The position numbers and the translations under genes are program-made. Below the pieces are notes generated by a model, which worked only from the letters and a program-made list of their open reading frames with translations, made no database searches and had not been told where the DNA came from. Shown in pieces: positions 63,381-64,000 of a stretch of 64,000 nucleotides of DNA. Positions within the stretch are counted from its first letter, which is position 1; every line of letters begins with the position of its first letter. Source of the stretch: Haplodiscus bocki. Taxonomy: Eukaryota. Location: contig OZ296655.1 of assembly GCA_965655095.1 (NCBI GenBank), forward strand, positions 27,404,001-27,468,000, in the 5' to 3' direction.

Positions 63381-64000
63381 TCTGACCTCCTCAAAATAAA
63401 GAATGACATTCTCTGGACTCAGCATTTTTTAAAAAAATGGGTTTTTTGCGGTTTGGAAATCTCAAAAAAACATGTTCTGTAGTTTGTCCGACTTACAGTT
63501 GAGGGATTGCGCGCCTTTTTTGTGGATATTTCCAGACATTCTTCAAGCAGTGAACTGCGCCGCTCTTGAACAAGCAAGCGTTTAACAAAACAAACTCGGG
63601 GCTTGTTTTGGCGGAGCAACTTCCCCGAAAAATTGGTGATTTTCTTGACGTGGACCAGTCATAGCGCGGAAGTATTATAAAAACTCGTTCGTATTTTTTC
63701 TGCAGCCAAATGATTAAGAATATATATGCAATATATGTAAGTTGCGAATCAGGTCCAAAAAATCGTCGCGAAGGAAAACGATACCTTCGTTGAAAAACAT
63801 GGCTTTTACGAGGTGGATCATGATTTCTTGTAAAGATCTTTTGTTAGAAGTGAAGGGGACTGATTAAAGCTTTCGTTCAAGTTGCGAGAGTCTGTTCAAC
63901 GGTAGAGTTGTTTTTTTTTGAGTTGCATAGACCCTCGACAAGGAGTGGGGGTCTCATTTTCAGTTGCTATCAGAGAAAGGTTTTGTCAGCATTGCAGCAA

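Larger units (their letters stand above)
53060..64000 (-). mobile_element. Decayed Polinton/Maverick element 2 (may continue past the window end)
   Basis: Minus-strand relics of ATPase, integrase, minor capsid, core-like ORF and pPolB in a contiguous array. Confidence 0.88.

Noticed and set aside
1-64000. ORF-track entries as genuine genes or prokaryotic operons
   Set aside because: All are 158 aa or shorter, mostly with non-ATG starts. The recognisable ones are broken transposon or viral fragments, and there is no operon-like coding density.

Overview
AT-rich, repeat-saturated eukaryotic (metazoan-like) DNA. No intact protein-coding gene is recognisable; the longest ORF is 158 aa, and every identifiable coding segment carries stops or frameshifts. 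The window is a nested graveyard of mobile elements: (1) several decayed non-LTR retrotransposons (APE endonuclease + RT); (2) a 4.16-kb internally deleted Ty1/Copia element with both LTRs, PBS and a near-TSD (10257-14415); (3) three ~1.2-1.3-kb LTR-like units, two of them homologous and carrying an ORF start inside the LTR; (4) a ~1.95-kb near-identical direct duplication; (5) MITEs, Helentron-like elements and degenerate tandem arrays; (6) two co-oriented, heavily decayed Polinton/Maverick endogenous viruses (~35-44.6 kb and ~54-64 kb) with pPolB, retroviral-type integrase, capsid, protease and ATPase relics in different gene orders. A possible cGAS/Mab21-like nucleotidyltransferase pseudogene and Thr/Pro-rich exon relics are the only host-gene candidates, and both are tentative. 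There is a 161-nt assembly gap at 40882-41042. All family calls come from motif recognition by eye in hand translations, with no database searches, and relic boundaries are approximate.
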